A DNA stretch of 39,273 bases from an uncultured bacterium (GTDB taxonomy: Bacteria > Verrucomicrobiota > Kiritimatiellia > RFP12 > UBA1067). The position numbers and the translations under genes were made by a program. The notes beneath the pieces are model-generated. The model was not told where the DNA came from. It ran no database searches and worked only from the letters and a program-made list of their open reading frames with translations. The stretch spans positions 1 through 39,273 of the forward strand of contig CADCPA010000304.1 of assembly GCA_902803135.1 (NCBI GenBank), given 5' to 3'. Each line of letters opens with the position of its first letter. Position 1 is the stretch's first letter. Shown piece after piece: positions 23,906 to 34,309 of this stretch.

Positions 23906-25030
23906 TCAGCGGGCCGACTTGAGATTGAACGTGACGAACAGCGGGCGGTACACGCCCTCCATCTGCGCAACCTTCGCGAACGTGCCCTTCGACTTGTCGT
24001 AGGCATAGCTGGCCACGCGCCAGCTTTCCTTCAGACCGACGAGGCAGAACTTGCCGCCGGGCATGAACGCATAGTCGCGCGGAAACTTGCCGTCAAGCGG
24101 CGCGTTGTTGAGGAACTCCATGCGCCCCGTCGCGGGATCGAGGTTGAACACCGTGATGGAATCCTGTCCGCGGTTCGAGCAGAAGAGCTGCGTGCCGTCT
24201 TCTGAAATCTTGATCGCCGCGGCCTTGCTGAAGTCCGACTTGCCGTCGGGCAGCAGCTCCTTGATCTCAACGAACTCGAAGCCTTCGCCGGTGTAGCGGA
24301 AGCTCGCGGCCTTGTTCAGCAGCTCGAAGATGACGTAGGCGAATTGGCCGTTCGGATGGAAGACGATGTGGCGCGGACCCGCCCCCGGAGCCAGCTTGCG
24401 CGTGTCGATCGTCGCCGCCGGCACCTCCTTCAGGCCCATCTCGGCACGATGTGCGAAATCGTAGGCGACGATCTTGTCGAGCGTCAAGTCCACAATCATC
24501 AGGAACTTGCCGTCGGGCGTCACCACCGCGCAGTGCGGATGCGCACGGTCCTGGCGCGGCTTGTTGGGTCCGTCGCCCACGTGGCGCACCTGGTACGGGG
24601 CAAGGACCCGTCCCGGCTGGCCGGCACACGCATGATCGAACAGGCCGTCGCCTTTGAGATCGACATAGCCCGCCGTGCCCGAACCGTAGTCCGCATACAC
24701 CACGGCGCGCTCGGCCGGATCGAGCGACACGTGGCAGGCCGTTCCCCACCCGGTCAACACGCGGTCGATCGGCGCGAGACGGTCGCCCTGTCCCTCGACG
24801 GCGAAGGCCGCGAGACCGCCGCTGAGCCAGCCTTTCGCGAGATCGGGACAGTCGCACACCGTGTAGAGACGGGTGCAGGCCCTGTTCAGCGCCATGTAGG
24901 TCGGGTTGCGCAGCGTGTCGATGACGCGCATCGTGCGGAAGTCGCCCGTCTCGGCATCGCTTTCGAAAATGTGGATGCCGTCGGTGCGTGCATCGCCTGT
25001 ATAGCTGCCGACATACGTCGTATACTTCAT
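23906..25030 (-). CDS. pgl: Lactonase, 7-bladed beta-propeller (6-phosphogluconolactonase family)
   Basis: YVGSYT, NPTYM, RQDRAHPH, GAGPRHIVFHPNG, SNRGQDSI and FPRDY. Confidence 0.9.
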   Translation of the reverse strand: MKYTTYVGSYTGDARTDGIHIFESDAETGDFRTMRVIDTLRNPTYMALNRACTRLYTVCDCPDLAKGWLSGGLAAFAVEGQGDRLAPIDRVLTGWGTACHVSLDPAERAVVYADYGSGTAGYVDLKGDGLFDHACAGQPGRVLAPYQVRHVGDGPNKPRQDRAHPHCAVVTPDGKFLMIVDLTLDKIVAYDFAHRAEMGLKEVPAATIDTRKLAPGAGPRHIVFHPNGQFAYVIFELLNKAASFRYTGEGFEFVEIKELLPDGKSDFSKAAAIKISEDGTQLFCSNRGQDSITVFNLDPATGRMEFLNNAPLDGKFPRDYAFMPGGKFCLVGLKESWRVASYAYDKSKGTFAKVAQMEGVYRPLFVTFNLKSAR

Positions 25031-25080
25031 TGCCACCGCCCTTCTTTGAGAGGATTAAAAGAAAACCGCCTGCTGCCGCA

Positions 25081-26550
25081 TCAGGACATGGCCTTGTATT
25101 CGGTGCGGATGACTTCGTCCGCCCGCGCAAGCACCTCGTTGAGCGTGCCCGTCTTGACGCGGTGCCAGAGCTTGAGGTCGTCAAGGTCCGCCACCGTCAC
25201 GCCATGGCCGAAATCGTCGTAGAACGGGTCGATGTTGCGCGGCACGCCCAGATCCACGAAGAGGACGTTGCGGTCCGCCACCGCCGCGCTCATCTCGCGC
25301 GTCACGACGGGCTTCGAGGAATCGACCGCCGAGAGGACGACGTCCGACGTCGTGAGCGCGGCCGGAATCGCCGTGAGCGGAATCAGCGCCGGCGGCGCCG
25401 CGTCGCCCGCAAAGGCGGGATGCGAGAGGTCGGGCCGGTGTACATGGTACGCCCAGGTCACGCGGCAGCCGAGCTTCAGCAAAGCCTCCACGACACCGCG
25501 GCCGACCATGCCCGTGCCAATCACGAGCACGTTCGTCTTCGGATCGACGTCGCCGTGCACGCTGAGATAGCGCACGGCGATCTGGTCGATCTCCGCGACG
25601 CGCAGCAGCCCCTCCACGTCATGGCGCACGGCCTTGGAGACGCGAAGCACCTCCGCGCCCGTGAAACGGATCGCACCGGCGCTCCACTTGTTCGCCTCGG
25701 CTTCCGCCAGCGCGTCCTTCAGCTGGGAGACGATGTGGAATTCGCCGAGCAGGGAAGATTCGAGTCCGCTCGCGACGCGCGTCAGATGGCGGAACGCCTC
25801 AAAGCCGCGCAGCTCAAACCGCTCGGACGGCTCCAGCCTGTCGAGCCCCGTGAGGCGCCGCAGCACGGACGCCACCAGCGGATCGCGCGAGGCGACGACG
25901 ACGAGCTCCACGCGGTTGCACGTGTTGAGAACGAAAAACTCGCGCACGCCCCGCACGCGCGTGAGCAGTTCGCCGAGCACGGCCCGCTCTTCGGCGGGCA
26001 AATGGAAAGGCGCGCGCTTGCGGCTCGGCAGCAGCGCGTCGCTCGTGCCGAGCACGAGCAGTTCGAGATCGCGGCGTTCGCGCAGCATCGCGACGATGTC
26101 GTTCTTGACATCGCGGGCGGAGGCGCAGCTCTGTCCGCTCGTCGACACAGCCAGCGTGATCTCGCCCACGTGCGCGGTTGCGGGCGTCGTGAAGTCGCCG
26201 TCGCTCCAGTTCATGTCCGCACAGCAGCAGAGCACGCACGAAAGGCGCGCCTCGTCCAGAATGGCGCGGTTGACGTGCTTGTCGTCCGTACACGCGAAGA
26301 CGAGCAGATGGCCCGCCACGTCGCCGGCCCGGAATGCGCGCTGCGTCCACTGAATGGCGCCCGACGCGGCGAGCGACTTCAGTTCGTCCACCGCGTCGGG
26401 GCAGATCAGTTCCACCGCCGCGCCGGACTCGAGGAGCCCCCGCGTCTTGCGCAAGCCGACGCGTCCGCCGCCGACGACCAGCGCCGTGCGCGTGTCGACG
26501 ATGAGATTCAGCGGAATCGTCTTCCGAACCGGTCTGCCTTCTCTGTGCAT
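25081..26550 (-). CDS. hemA: Fusion of precorrin-2 dehydrogenase (SirC/CysG N-terminal) and glutamyl-tRNA reductase
   Basis: N-terminal part: LVVGGGRVGLRK, VFACTDD, DFTTPA, AVSTSGQS. HemA part: NTCNRVE, FRHLTRVASGLES, VIGTGMVG, DLGVPRNID. Confidence 0.88.
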   Translation of the reverse strand: MHREGRPVRKTIPLNLIVDTRTALVVGGGRVGLRKTRGLLESGAAVELICPDAVDELKSLAASGAIQWTQRAFRAGDVAGHLLVFACTDDKHVNRAILDEARLSCVLCCCADMNWSDGDFTTPATAHVGEITLAVSTSGQSCASARDVKNDIVAMLRERRDLELLVLGTSDALLPSRKRAPFHLPAEERAVLGELLTRVRGVREFFVLNTCNRVELVVVASRDPLVASVLRRLTGLDRLEPSERFELRGFEAFRHLTRVASGLESSLLGEFHIVSQLKDALAEAEANKWSAGAIRFTGAEVLRVSKAVRHDVEGLLRVAEIDQIAVRYLSVHGDVDPKTNVLVIGTGMVGRGVVEALLKLGCRVTWAYHVHRPDLSHPAFAGDAAPPALIPLTAIPAALTTSDVVLSAVDSSKPVVTREMSAAVADRNVLFVDLGVPRNIDPFYDDFGHGVTVADLDDLKLWHRVKTGTLNEVLARADEVIRTEYKAMS

Positions 26551-26582
26551 TCAACCTGCCTGGAATGGGAGAAGCCCGCGCT

Positions 26583-27053
26583 TCAGCCGCGCACGCCCTG
26601 CCAGGTCGCGAAACGCTGACGGGCCAGGGCCTTGTAGCGCGCACCCGTACCGCCGTTCACGAACGGATCGATCGAGATGCCGCCGCGCGGCGCGAATTTA
26701 CCGTAGACTTCCATGTACTTCGGCTTCAGCAGCTTCACGAGATCGTCGTAGACCACGTTCACGACGTCTTCGTGGAAATCGCCGTGGTTGCGAAAGCCGA
26801 AGAGATAGAGCTTGAGGGACTTCGACTCCACGAGCTTCTTCGCCGGAATGTAGCGGATGGTGAGCGTGGCGAAGTCGGGCTGCCCGGTTTTCGGGCAGAG
26901 CGTCGTGAATTCTGGCGCCGTGAACGCGACCCAATAGTCGCGGTCGGGATGCTTGTTCGAAAAGGCGTCCAGGAGGGAGGGGTCGTACCCTCCCTCCGGA
27001 CGGACCGTGCGTCCCAGCGCCGAAAGCCGGTCGAGATCGTCTCTCATGGTCAA
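26583..27053 (-). CDS. queF: NADPH-dependent 7-cyano-7-deazaguanine (preQ0) reductase
   Basis: [29 protein letters not shown] and RGGISI. Confidence 0.97.
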   Translation of the reverse strand: MTMRDDLDRLSALGRTVRPEGGYDPSLLDAFSNKHPDRDYWVAFTAPEFTTLCPKTGQPDFATLTIRYIPAKKLVESKSLKLYLFGFRNHGDFHEDVVNVVYDDLVKLLKPKYMEVYGKFAPRGGISIDPFVNGGTGARYKALARQRFATWQGVRG

Positions 27054-27055
27054 GC

Positions 27056-28486
27056 TCAGACCTTGTAGAAACCTTCCCAGCCCTTGCGCGGCGTGCCCTT
27101 CGAGCCTTTGAGGAGCGCGTTGGCCTCGTCGTCGCCGACGACGACCTTCTTGACGGGGTCGAACTTGAAGCCGCGATTGAGACGCTGCGCGATGCAGCCC
27201 AGGCAGAAGACTTCGCTCAGGGGCGCGGAGACCGAGAACGGGCTGCGCGTCTGTTCCTTGCCCATGACGGCGAGGAGGAAGTTTGCGTAGTGGTCGGAGC
27301 CGCTCTTCGGGAACTTCGGCAGATCCTTCTTGTCGACGCCCGCCTTTTCAAGGGTCGCGCCATGCGAACCGCCGAACCACACGTCGCCGTTCGAGAGTTC
27401 GAAGAACTTGCCCGGATTGAGGGACTTCGACTTCGCGGAACCCGAAGCGCCGCCGGAAGCGGGAATCGAGTCGTCCCACGCGGCGCTCTTGTGGCCCTTC
27501 GGCAGCACCGGCAGATTCTTCACGCCTTCATACCATTCAAGCGTGCAGGCCGGACGCTTGCCCTTGGCCGCGAACTTGAAGTTGAGCGTATCCTGCATCG
27601 GGAACACGAAGGGATTCCAGCCCGTGACGTCCTTGATGACGACTTCCGTCGGCAGACCGAGCTCGAAGAAGCGGTGCATCGTGTCCATCGTGTGGGCGCC
27701 CCAGTCGCCGAGCGCGCCGTTGCCGAAGTCGAACCAGCTGCGCCACTCGCCCTGTACGTAGTCCTTGGAGTAGTCGTGGGGAAGCGCGGTACCGGTCCAG
27801 GTGTCCCAGTCGAGGCCTTCCGGCATCTTCTCGCCCGTCGGGAACGCGCTGACCTTTCCGTTCCACTTGTGCCAGCGGCGGCCGCTGTTCATGTGGGCGC
27901 AGAGACGCGTCAGCTTGGACACGTCGATGACGCCCTTTTCGACATACTCCTTGAACTGATAGTAGTTGCCGCCGGAGTGGCCCTGGTTGCCCATCTGCGT
28001 GACGACGCCGTACTTCTTCTCGGCGGCCATCAGGAGTTCGCATTCTTCGAACGTATGGGCGAGCGGCTTTTCGGTGAAGACCGCCAGCCCGCGCTTCATC
28101 GCGGCCATCAGCGCCGGGAAGTGCGAGAAGTCGGGGTTCATCACCGCGACGGCGTCGATCTTGCCGTCCATCGCGTCGAGCATCTTGCGGAAGTCGGTGA
28201 ACTGCCGGGCCTTCGGAAACACCTTCTTCGCCGCGGCGCATTGCTTGCCGTTGATGATGTCGGTGTCGCAGAGGGCGACGATTTCGCAGAGGCCCTTGCC
28301 GTGGAACGTCCGATCCTTGTCGTTCCAGCCGGTGAAGGCGCGGATGTCGTTCCACGCCTGCTGTCCGCAGCCAACGCAGGCGAGGCGGACCTTGTCGCCG
28401 GTGAACGCGCCATGGACGGGCAGCAACGGGAACGCACCTGCGGCAAGCGAGGCCTTCAGGAACGAACGACGAGACATAGTAGTCAT
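27056..28486 (-). CDS. Tat-exported Gfo/Idh/MocA oxidoreductase
   Basis: Tat motif SRRSFLK; VGCG, DFRKML, PDFSH, EKPLA, QMGNQ and GALGDWGAH. Confidence 0.93.
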   Translation of the reverse strand: MTTMSRRSFLKASLAAGAFPLLPVHGAFTGDKVRLACVGCGQQAWNDIRAFTGWNDKDRTFHGKGLCEIVALCDTDIINGKQCAAAKKVFPKARQFTDFRKMLDAMDGKIDAVAVMNPDFSHFPALMAAMKRGLAVFTEKPLAHTFEECELLMAAEKKYGVVTQMGNQGHSGGNYYQFKEYVEKGVIDVSKLTRLCAHMNSGRRWHKWNGKVSAFPTGEKMPEGLDWDTWTGTALPHDYSKDYVQGEWRSWFDFGNGALGDWGAHTMDTMHRFFELGLPTEVVIKDVTGWNPFVFPMQDTLNFKFAAKGKRPACTLEWYEGVKNLPVLPKGHKSAAWDDSIPASGGASGSAKSKSLNPGKFFELSNGDVWFGGSHGATLEKAGVDKKDLPKFPKSGSDHYANFLLAVMGKEQTRSPFSVSAPLSEVFCLGCIAQRLNRGFKFDPVKKVVVGDDEANALLKGSKGTPRKGWEGFYKV

Positions 28487-28553
28487 CTGATTCTCCTTAT
28501 TCGCTGTGAAAAAATCCACCGAGGACGAAGCGGCCCTCCATCCTCGGTTGGTT

Positions 28554-28582
28554 ATTCTACCATAATCTGCGCGTACGCGCAA
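28554..28582 (-). promoter_or_regulatory. Sigma70-type promoter
   Basis: Minus strand TTGCGC-17 bp-TAGAAT with extended -10 TG. Confidence 0.55.
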
Positions 28583-28585
28583 ACC

Positions 28586-31573
28586 TTACAGACCCTTGAC
28601 GGTCTCGTGATAGGTGCCCGGCGCGTACGTACGCGCCTGCTTTTCGCCCGGCAGCGTCACGGACGCCGTCGCACCCTTCGGCACCGTGAAGTCCCAGACC
28701 CACGTGTCGCCCTCGTAACGCCAGGCGCTCTTGACTTCGCCGAAGCGCGTCTTGTAGGATGCGTTGACGTGGCCGAGCCGGCGGTCGGGCTGCGGAGCCA
28801 TCACGACGTTCTTGAAGCCGGGCGCCTTCGGGTCGGCGGCGATGCCGGCCGCGACCTTGTAGATCCAGGAGAGCACCGCGCCATAGGCATAGTGGTTGAA
28901 CGAGTTCATGCCCACGTCGCCGAAGCCCGTGTCCTTGCGGTACGAGTTCCACCGCTCCCAGATCGTGGTCGCGCCCTGATCGACGGAGTAGAGCCAGCTC
29001 GGGTTCTTGTGCTGGAGAAGGAGCGTGTACGCCACGTCCGTCATGCCGTTCTCGGAGAGCGTCTCCATGAGAATCGACGTGCCGAGGAAGCCCGTCTGCA
29101 GGCAGTCGCCGTGATCCTTGACGTTCGTGCGCAAACCCGCGATCATGCGGTCCTTGGCCGCCCCTTCCACGAGACCGAGCTTGAGCGCGAAGAGCGCCGG
29201 CGTCTGCATGCGATTGAGCGTCGCCAGCTTGAACGTGCCGTCGGCCGTGAAGAACGCCGCCTTGATGAAGGCCTTCGCCTCAACCGCCTGCTTTGCATAC
29301 TTCGCCGTGTCCTTGCCGGCCGCGTGGCCCATTTCGACCATCAGGCGCGCATCCCAGAGCCAGTAGCAGGCGCCGAGATAGTTCCAGTACTGGGCTTTCT
29401 CGTTGCCCGGCACGCCTTCGTAGCTGAGCCAGTCTGCCCACTGGTAGCCGCCGTTCTCGCCGCGCGTCGCCTCGAAGTCGTACTTCGTCTCGGCGCAGCG
29501 GTCGACGTACTTGCACATCGCCGCCCAGTTCTCCTCGATGATCTTCACGTCACCGAACTGTTTCCAGATCTGGTACGGCACGATGACGCCCGCGTCGGCC
29601 CAGCCGAAACGCATCGGCTCGTTGCCGTACTGGGCGTGCGGCGCCACGCCCGGGAAGCCGCCGCGCGCGTCCTGCGAGTCGCGCATGTCGCGCATCCACT
29701 TGTGGAAGAAGCGCGAGGTGTCGGCGTTGAACGAGCCGGCTTCCGTGAACACCTGCGTGTCGGCCGTCCAGCCCAGACGCTCGTTGCGCTGCGGGCAGTC
29801 CGTCGGCACGGAGAGGTAGTTGGAGAGCTGGCCCCAGTAGACGTTGGCGATGAGGCGGTTGACGTCCTTGACGCCCGTCTCGATCTGGCCGAGTTCCATG
29901 TCCTTGGCGATGGAGGTCACCGGCACGCTCTCGACCGTGAGCGTCACTTCGTCGGTCACCGTCACGGAAATGTAGCGGTAGCCGAAGAACGTGAAGCGCG
30001 GATAGTAGTCGTTGGCGCCGTCCGCGCACGTGTAGACCGCGCGCATGCCGTCGCCCGGCATGCGGAGGTTCGCACGGTAGAGCGAGCCGGCGGGGCCGTC
30101 GTTGCCGCGGCTGCGTTCACCGTTGCTGTCGTTGAGCATTTCGCCCGGCAGGCAGGTGAGCGTCGTGCCCGCCTTGGCCGTCATCTTGAAGTGCGGCACG
30201 GCGGCGGCGTTCTGTCCGAAGTCGACGACGAGCGTTTCGCCCGGCACGACCTTCATCGGTTCGCCCGGCTTGAAGACGCGCGTCTTCACGACCTTGCCGA
30301 ACACGTCCTTGCCGGACCCCTCGGCCCCCTTCCAGCAGTACGCCTCGACCGGCTGGAGCGCGATGTCGAAGCGGCGCACGATCTCGGCGCCGCAGTTCGC
30401 GTAGACCTCGCCGCCGAATTCCGAGCAGACCACGGCCGGCTTGAACGAGGAGAGGCCCGTCACCGGCGCGGCGATGCGCGCATCGTAGATTTCACCGTCG
30501 AAGATGGCCGCGCGCTTGACCGGGCCGCCCACGCCCGCCTTCCAGTCGGACGTGTTCGTCGTCAGCACTTCCTTCGTGCCGTCTGCATATTCGAGCAGCA
30601 GCTCGGCGCGGAACGCGCTCTTCTTGCCCGCGTAGTTGACGATCTTGTCGCGCCACCAGCCGGCGGAGACTTCCGCGGCGAGGATGTTCGTGGCGCCTTT
30701 CGCGCGGTTGAGCTTCCCGGTGATGTCGTAGGTGAAGTAGTACTTCGTCTTGCGCGCATGCGTGAAGCCCGGCTTCAGGGCCTGTTCGGCGCCGACGCTC
30801 TGGCCGTTGACGTAGATTTCGAACGTGCCGAGCCCCGCGACCGACCACTCGGCCTTCTTGATTTCGGCCTTGTTCGCAAACGTCGAGGCGAACCAGCTCG
30901 TTCCTTCGGCGGAAATCTGGTGGCGGTGCGCATAGCTGTCCGCGACCACCGCGTCTTCGGCCGCAATCCACGCGCTCGTGAAGGCCGGCGCGCCGGCGAT
31001 GTCGCGCATGCGCGGCGAGGAGAGGCGCACGCCTTCGGCGCAACGGCCCCACGGACCGGCCCCGTAGACGCCTTCCACGCACGGCTTCACATAGTCCTTT
31101 CCGTCTTTCGTCACCTGCCAGGCGAGATCGTCGGTCAGGAGGCGCGTCACCTTGCCGTCCTTGCCCTCGAGCTCGAGCGCGGCGATGAAGCCCATGCCGT
31201 CGCGGAGGTTGGCCGCCGGAACCTCGATCACGTTCCGGCCCGGCTTGAGATGCTGCGCGAGATCCCACACGACGGTCGGCGTGCGCCAATCGTCCTCGCC
31301 GCATGCCTGCGACGCGACCTTCGCGCCGTTGATCTTCACATCGGCTCCGTTGTCGCACGTGAAGAGCAGCTGCGAACGCACAACGGCCTCCGGCGCGTCG
31401 AACGTCGCGCGGAAGACGACCTTGGCGCCGTTCGCGCGGTTCTGCGGATGCCAGATCCACTTCGCACCGTCCAGCGAAGCCGTGCGGGCGGGTGCGGCGA
31501 AGACCGTTGCGGCCGTCCAGGCCGCAACCGCAAACGTGAAGGCAAAAGCCTTTCCAGGAAAAAGTTTATTCAT
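28586..31573 (-). CDS. Alpha-L-rhamnosidase (GH78), exported
   Basis: Signal peptide; VDFGQN, PRFTFFGYRY, PTDCPQRNERLGWTAD, GATTIWERW and SFNHY. The start may instead be 31582. Confidence 0.95.
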   Translation of the reverse strand: MNKLFPGKAFAFTFAVAAWTAATVFAAPARTASLDGAKWIWHPQNRANGAKVVFRATFDAPEAVVRSQLLFTCDNGADVKINGAKVASQACGEDDWRTPTVVWDLAQHLKPGRNVIEVPAANLRDGMGFIAALELEGKDGKVTRLLTDDLAWQVTKDGKDYVKPCVEGVYGAGPWGRCAEGVRLSSPRMRDIAGAPAFTSAWIAAEDAVVADSYAHRHQISAEGTSWFASTFANKAEIKKAEWSVAGLGTFEIYVNGQSVGAEQALKPGFTHARKTKYYFTYDITGKLNRAKGATNILAAEVSAGWWRDKIVNYAGKKSAFRAELLLEYADGTKEVLTTNTSDWKAGVGGPVKRAAIFDGEIYDARIAAPVTGLSSFKPAVVCSEFGGEVYANCGAEIVRRFDIALQPVEAYCWKGAEGSGKDVFGKVVKTRVFKPGEPMKVVPGETLVVDFGQNAAAVPHFKMTAKAGTTLTCLPGEMLNDSNGERSRGNDGPAGSLYRANLRMPGDGMRAVYTCADGANDYYPRFTFFGYRYISVTVTDEVTLTVESVPVTSIAKDMELGQIETGVKDVNRLIANVYWGQLSNYLSVPTDCPQRNERLGWTADTQVFTEAGSFNADTSRFFHKWMRDMRDSQDARGGFPGVAPHAQYGNEPMRFGWADAGVIVPYQIWKQFGDVKIIEENWAAMCKYVDRCAETKYDFEATRGENGGYQWADWLSYEGVPGNEKAQYWNYLGACYWLWDARLMVEMGHAAGKDTAKYAKQAVEAKAFIKAAFFTADGTFKLATLNRMQTPALFALKLGLVEGAAKDRMIAGLRTNVKDHGDCLQTGFLGTSILMETLSENGMTDVAYTLLLQHKNPSWLYSVDQGATTIWERWNSYRKDTGFGDVGMNSFNHYAYGAVLSWIYKVAAGIAADPKAPGFKNVVMAPQPDRRLGHVNASYKTRFGEVKSAWRYEGDTWVWDFTVPKGATASVTLPGEKQARTYAPGTYHETVKGL

Positions 31574-31607
31574 GGCAGTCATAACCTTTGTTGGTGAGTA
31601 TGCGAGT

Positions 31608-31636
31608 AGTATACACAAAAAAGCGAAAGTCGGCAA
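31608..31636 (-). promoter_or_regulatory. Sigma70-type promoter for the GH78 gene
   Basis: Minus strand TTGCCG-17 bp-TATACT. Confidence 0.55.
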
Positions 31637-31639
31637 ACC

Positions 31640-32812
31640 TTACGTGAAGACGGCATGGGCGAGTTCGCGCCTCAGAACGGCGGCCACGTACGTGCGGACA
31701 TTGTCCGGCGCACCGGCCAGGAGGCGGAACGGCTGGGGATTGCCCGGCGTCACGAGGCGGAGTTCGGGCCAGGGGCGTCCGTTGACCTGGAAGGCCGACA
31801 GACCTTCGAGCACCTTCATCTCGCGCGCAAGGCGCAGTGTGCGCGTGCGGCCGAAGGGACCGATGCCGGACCACAACCGCAGTTCGCCGCCGCGAATCGT
31901 CAGACGGCGCGAACCGAACAGCGAAAAGAGGATGATGCCGACGAGCACGCACGTTCCCAGCAGAAACGGAATGCCGAAGAGCGACCTTTCGAGGATGAAA
32001 TGGCGCTGGATGATCTGAGTTCCGTAGATGCCGAAGAGGCTGATTCCCGACCAGAAGCAGGTAAACGGAATGAGGAAGAAAACCACCTTCGACATCTTGC
32101 GGTAGACGAGCGTCACGCCGGCAGACGGGTTGGCTGCATCCTGTTCGACGGTCAGATGCTTCGGCGGCGGGGCGAGCAGAACCGCGGAATCGGCAGGCGG
32201 TTCCGGCGCGTCGCGTTCCGCGTTCGCGGAATCTTCCGAATCACGCCAAGCAGACTTCGCTCCCTTCAGGCCCCGCAGGGCGAACGCCACCTGCGGCGCC
32301 TCGTCCGCCGAGATGCGTTCCAGGATGTCTTCGCGCCGCGCCACGCGCACGCCACGGCGCGAGTGGACGAAATGCTCGGCAAAGAGGAAATCGACGCTGC
32401 CGTCGGGATGGTCGTGGCGGGTCGCTTCGTCGAAGAGCTCGTCCTTCTCCCAGCTCTTCGTGCGGAAAGCGCCGAAGCGCAGAATGCGCTCGTTCGTGAT
32501 GCACCAGACGGCGAGGCATCCGCCCAGCCAGCGTCGAAACGGCGAGAGCAGACAGCTGAGCCCGACGACAAGGAACGGCAGGCAGAAGAGCGAAACGCCG
32601 ACCTTGATCGCCGGCGATTCGGAACCGCACCAGAGGTCGGCCACCGTCCAGTGCATCATGAATTTGCCGAAGATCAACCAACACCAGAACAGGCCGAAGG
32701 CCATCTCGGGAATCACACCGAACGTCCACGTGGGCGGATGCGTCTTGCCGCACCAGACGACAGACTCCCCCGGCCTCAGCCTGCGCATCTGTCTCTCGGT
32801 CAACGTCGTCAT
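31640..32812 (-). CDS. Hypothetical membrane protein with two (2-TM plus PH-like) modules
   Basis: 'LRPGESVVWCGK', then 2 TM and 'ITNERIL' (bacterial PH-like pattern). A second FxxFW 2-TM module follows a linker. Confidence 0.7.
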   Translation of the reverse strand: MTTLTERQMRRLRPGESVVWCGKTHPPTWTFGVIPEMAFGLFWCWLIFGKFMMHWTVADLWCGSESPAIKVGVSLFCLPFLVVGLSCLLSPFRRWLGGCLAVWCITNERILRFGAFRTKSWEKDELFDEATRHDHPDGSVDFLFAEHFVHSRRGVRVARREDILERISADEAPQVAFALRGLKGAKSAWRDSEDSANAERDAPEPPADSAVLLAPPPKHLTVEQDAANPSAGVTLVYRKMSKVVFFLIPFTCFWSGISLFGIYGTQIIQRHFILERSLFGIPFLLGTCVLVGIILFSLFGSRRLTIRGGELRLWSGIGPFGRTRTLRLAREMKVLEGLSAFQVNGRPWPELRLVTPGNPQPFRLLAGAPDNVRTYVAAVLRRELAHAVFT

Positions 32813-32827
32813 TGTCGGCTCCCCTGT

Positions 32828-32864
32828 TTAAGAAATTCCGCCGCCGGATTGCTCCGACGGCGGA
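32828..32864 (-). terminator. Intrinsic terminator after the Gfo/Idh/MocA gene
   Basis: Minus strand TCCGCCGTCGGA-GCAA-TCCGGCGGCGGA stem with a GNRA loop, followed by ATTTCTTAA. Confidence 0.65.
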
Positions 32865-32889
32865 TTCGTTCAACTTCGGCGCATCGCGA

Positions 32890-34248
32890 TCAGAGCGTGT
32901 AGCCGAGCGCGTTGGACAGCGTGGCCTTGTTGGAGACCTTCACGTCCTTGCCGAAGCCGCGCCACGGATTGCCCGGGAGGTACCACTCGTTGTCGCCGCA
33001 TTCGGGCATCGCCACGTCGCCGTCCTTCTCGAAGTCGGCCGGGCGCGGAATGCAGTCCATGTTGTAGTACTTGCTGTTCGTATCCGTGAGAATCGACGCG
33101 AGCGAGACGATCTGGCCCGTGTAGCAGGAGATGCGGCCGATGACGCCGCAGGCCGTGGACATCGCGCAGGCTTCGCCTTCGTTGTAGTACGGCCCCGTCT
33201 TCATGATCGAACGGAGCAGGTTGTAGTGCTCGATGTCATAGGGGTTGCCGTCCTTGAAGTCGCCGACGAGGTCGATGCGCTTGCCGTCCAGCGTCTTGAC
33301 CGCATGGCCGGCCGCGATCGTCGAATCCTTCGTGCGGAAGATTTCCTGCACGCCACCGCCCGAGCAACCGTCGATCTGGCGGCACATGGAGTGGATGTGC
33401 ACGCCTTCGCCGTAATCGAAGTCGATGCTGAAGGAGTCGTACTGGTTGCCGCTGAGACGACGCGCGCGGGAACCGAAGCCGAGCGCGCTCTTCGGGTAAC
33501 GGCCGAGATACCAGTTCGCGATATCGATGTTGTGCACGTGCTGCTCGCAGATGTGGTCGCCCGAGAGTTCCGTGAAGTTCAGCCAGTTGCCGCAGAGGTA
33601 GGCCGCGTTGGACTCGTTGCCCTGGCGGGCGCGCACCCACGGCACCGAGCCGTTCCAGTACACGTTGCCGCCGATGATCGGGCTGATGAGGCCCTTCTGA
33701 AGCATGTCGGCGATCTGACGGTAGCCCTTCTGGTGGCGGCGCTGCGTACCGCACACGATCGAGAGGCCCTTCTCCTTCGCGAGCTTGGAGGCCTCGATCA
33801 TGAGACGGCAGCCGGCGCCGTCGACGGCCACGCCCTTTTCGGCGAACACGTTGATGCCGGCCTGGATGGCGGCCATCGTGTGCGTCGGACGGAAATTCAG
33901 CGGGGTCGTGAGGATCACGATGTCCGGCTTGACTTCCATCACCTGCTTGTAGCCGTTGGCGCCGCCAAAGCAGAACTTTTCATCGAACTTGAACTTGCGC
34001 GCAACGCCCTTGGCCTTGTCCACGAAGAAGTCCGCCGCCGCGACGACCTTGAGCTCGACGTTGCAGCCTTCGTCGCGCAGCATCTTCGCCGCGTTGTGGA
34101 TGTTGTCGAGCGCGCCGTTGCCGCGGCCGCCGCAACCGACGATGCCGACCTTGAACACGCGCGGCGCGCCCTCGGCCTTGAGAATGGATGGCGCCCCGAC
34201 GGCGCCCGCGAAGAGCGCGGAGCTCTTGATGAAGTCCTTACGGGTCAT
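32890..34248 (-). CDS. Gfo/Idh/MocA oxidoreductase with Tat-like signal
   Basis: MTRKDFIKS leader; VGCGGRGNGA, FAEKGVAVD, GTQRRH, NWLNF and SGDHICEQHVHNID. Confidence 0.92.
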   Translation of the reverse strand: MTRKDFIKSSALFAGAVGAPSILKAEGAPRVFKVGIVGCGGRGNGALDNIHNAAKMLRDEGCNVELKVVAAADFFVDKAKGVARKFKFDEKFCFGGANGYKQVMEVKPDIVILTTPLNFRPTHTMAAIQAGINVFAEKGVAVDGAGCRLMIEASKLAKEKGLSIVCGTQRRHQKGYRQIADMLQKGLISPIIGGNVYWNGSVPWVRARQGNESNAAYLCGNWLNFTELSGDHICEQHVHNIDIANWYLGRYPKSALGFGSRARRLSGNQYDSFSIDFDYGEGVHIHSMCRQIDGCSGGGVQEIFRTKDSTIAAGHAVKTLDGKRIDLVGDFKDGNPYDIEHYNLLRSIMKTGPYYNEGEACAMSTACGVIGRISCYTGQIVSLASILTDTNSKYYNMDCIPRPADFEKDGDVAMPECGDNEWYLPGNPWRGFGKDVKVSNKATLSNALGYTL

Positions 34249-34309
34249 TTTCCTTTTCCTTTTTTTAGTGCGGTTGAAATTCCGACTCGGCCAACCAACG
34301 GCCGGAAGA

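Noticed and set aside
27040-27070. preQ1 riboswitch before queF
   Set aside because: queF starts within a few bases of the upstream stop codon, leaving no leader.
27290-31597. 1435-aa plus-strand ORF, and similar long ORFs at 2966-5542, 5788-7608, 9628-12246, 12325-14790 and 35366-37684
   Set aside because: Antisense shadows of well-supported minus-strand genes, expected with high-GC codon bias; Arg/Ala-rich with no recognisable motifs.
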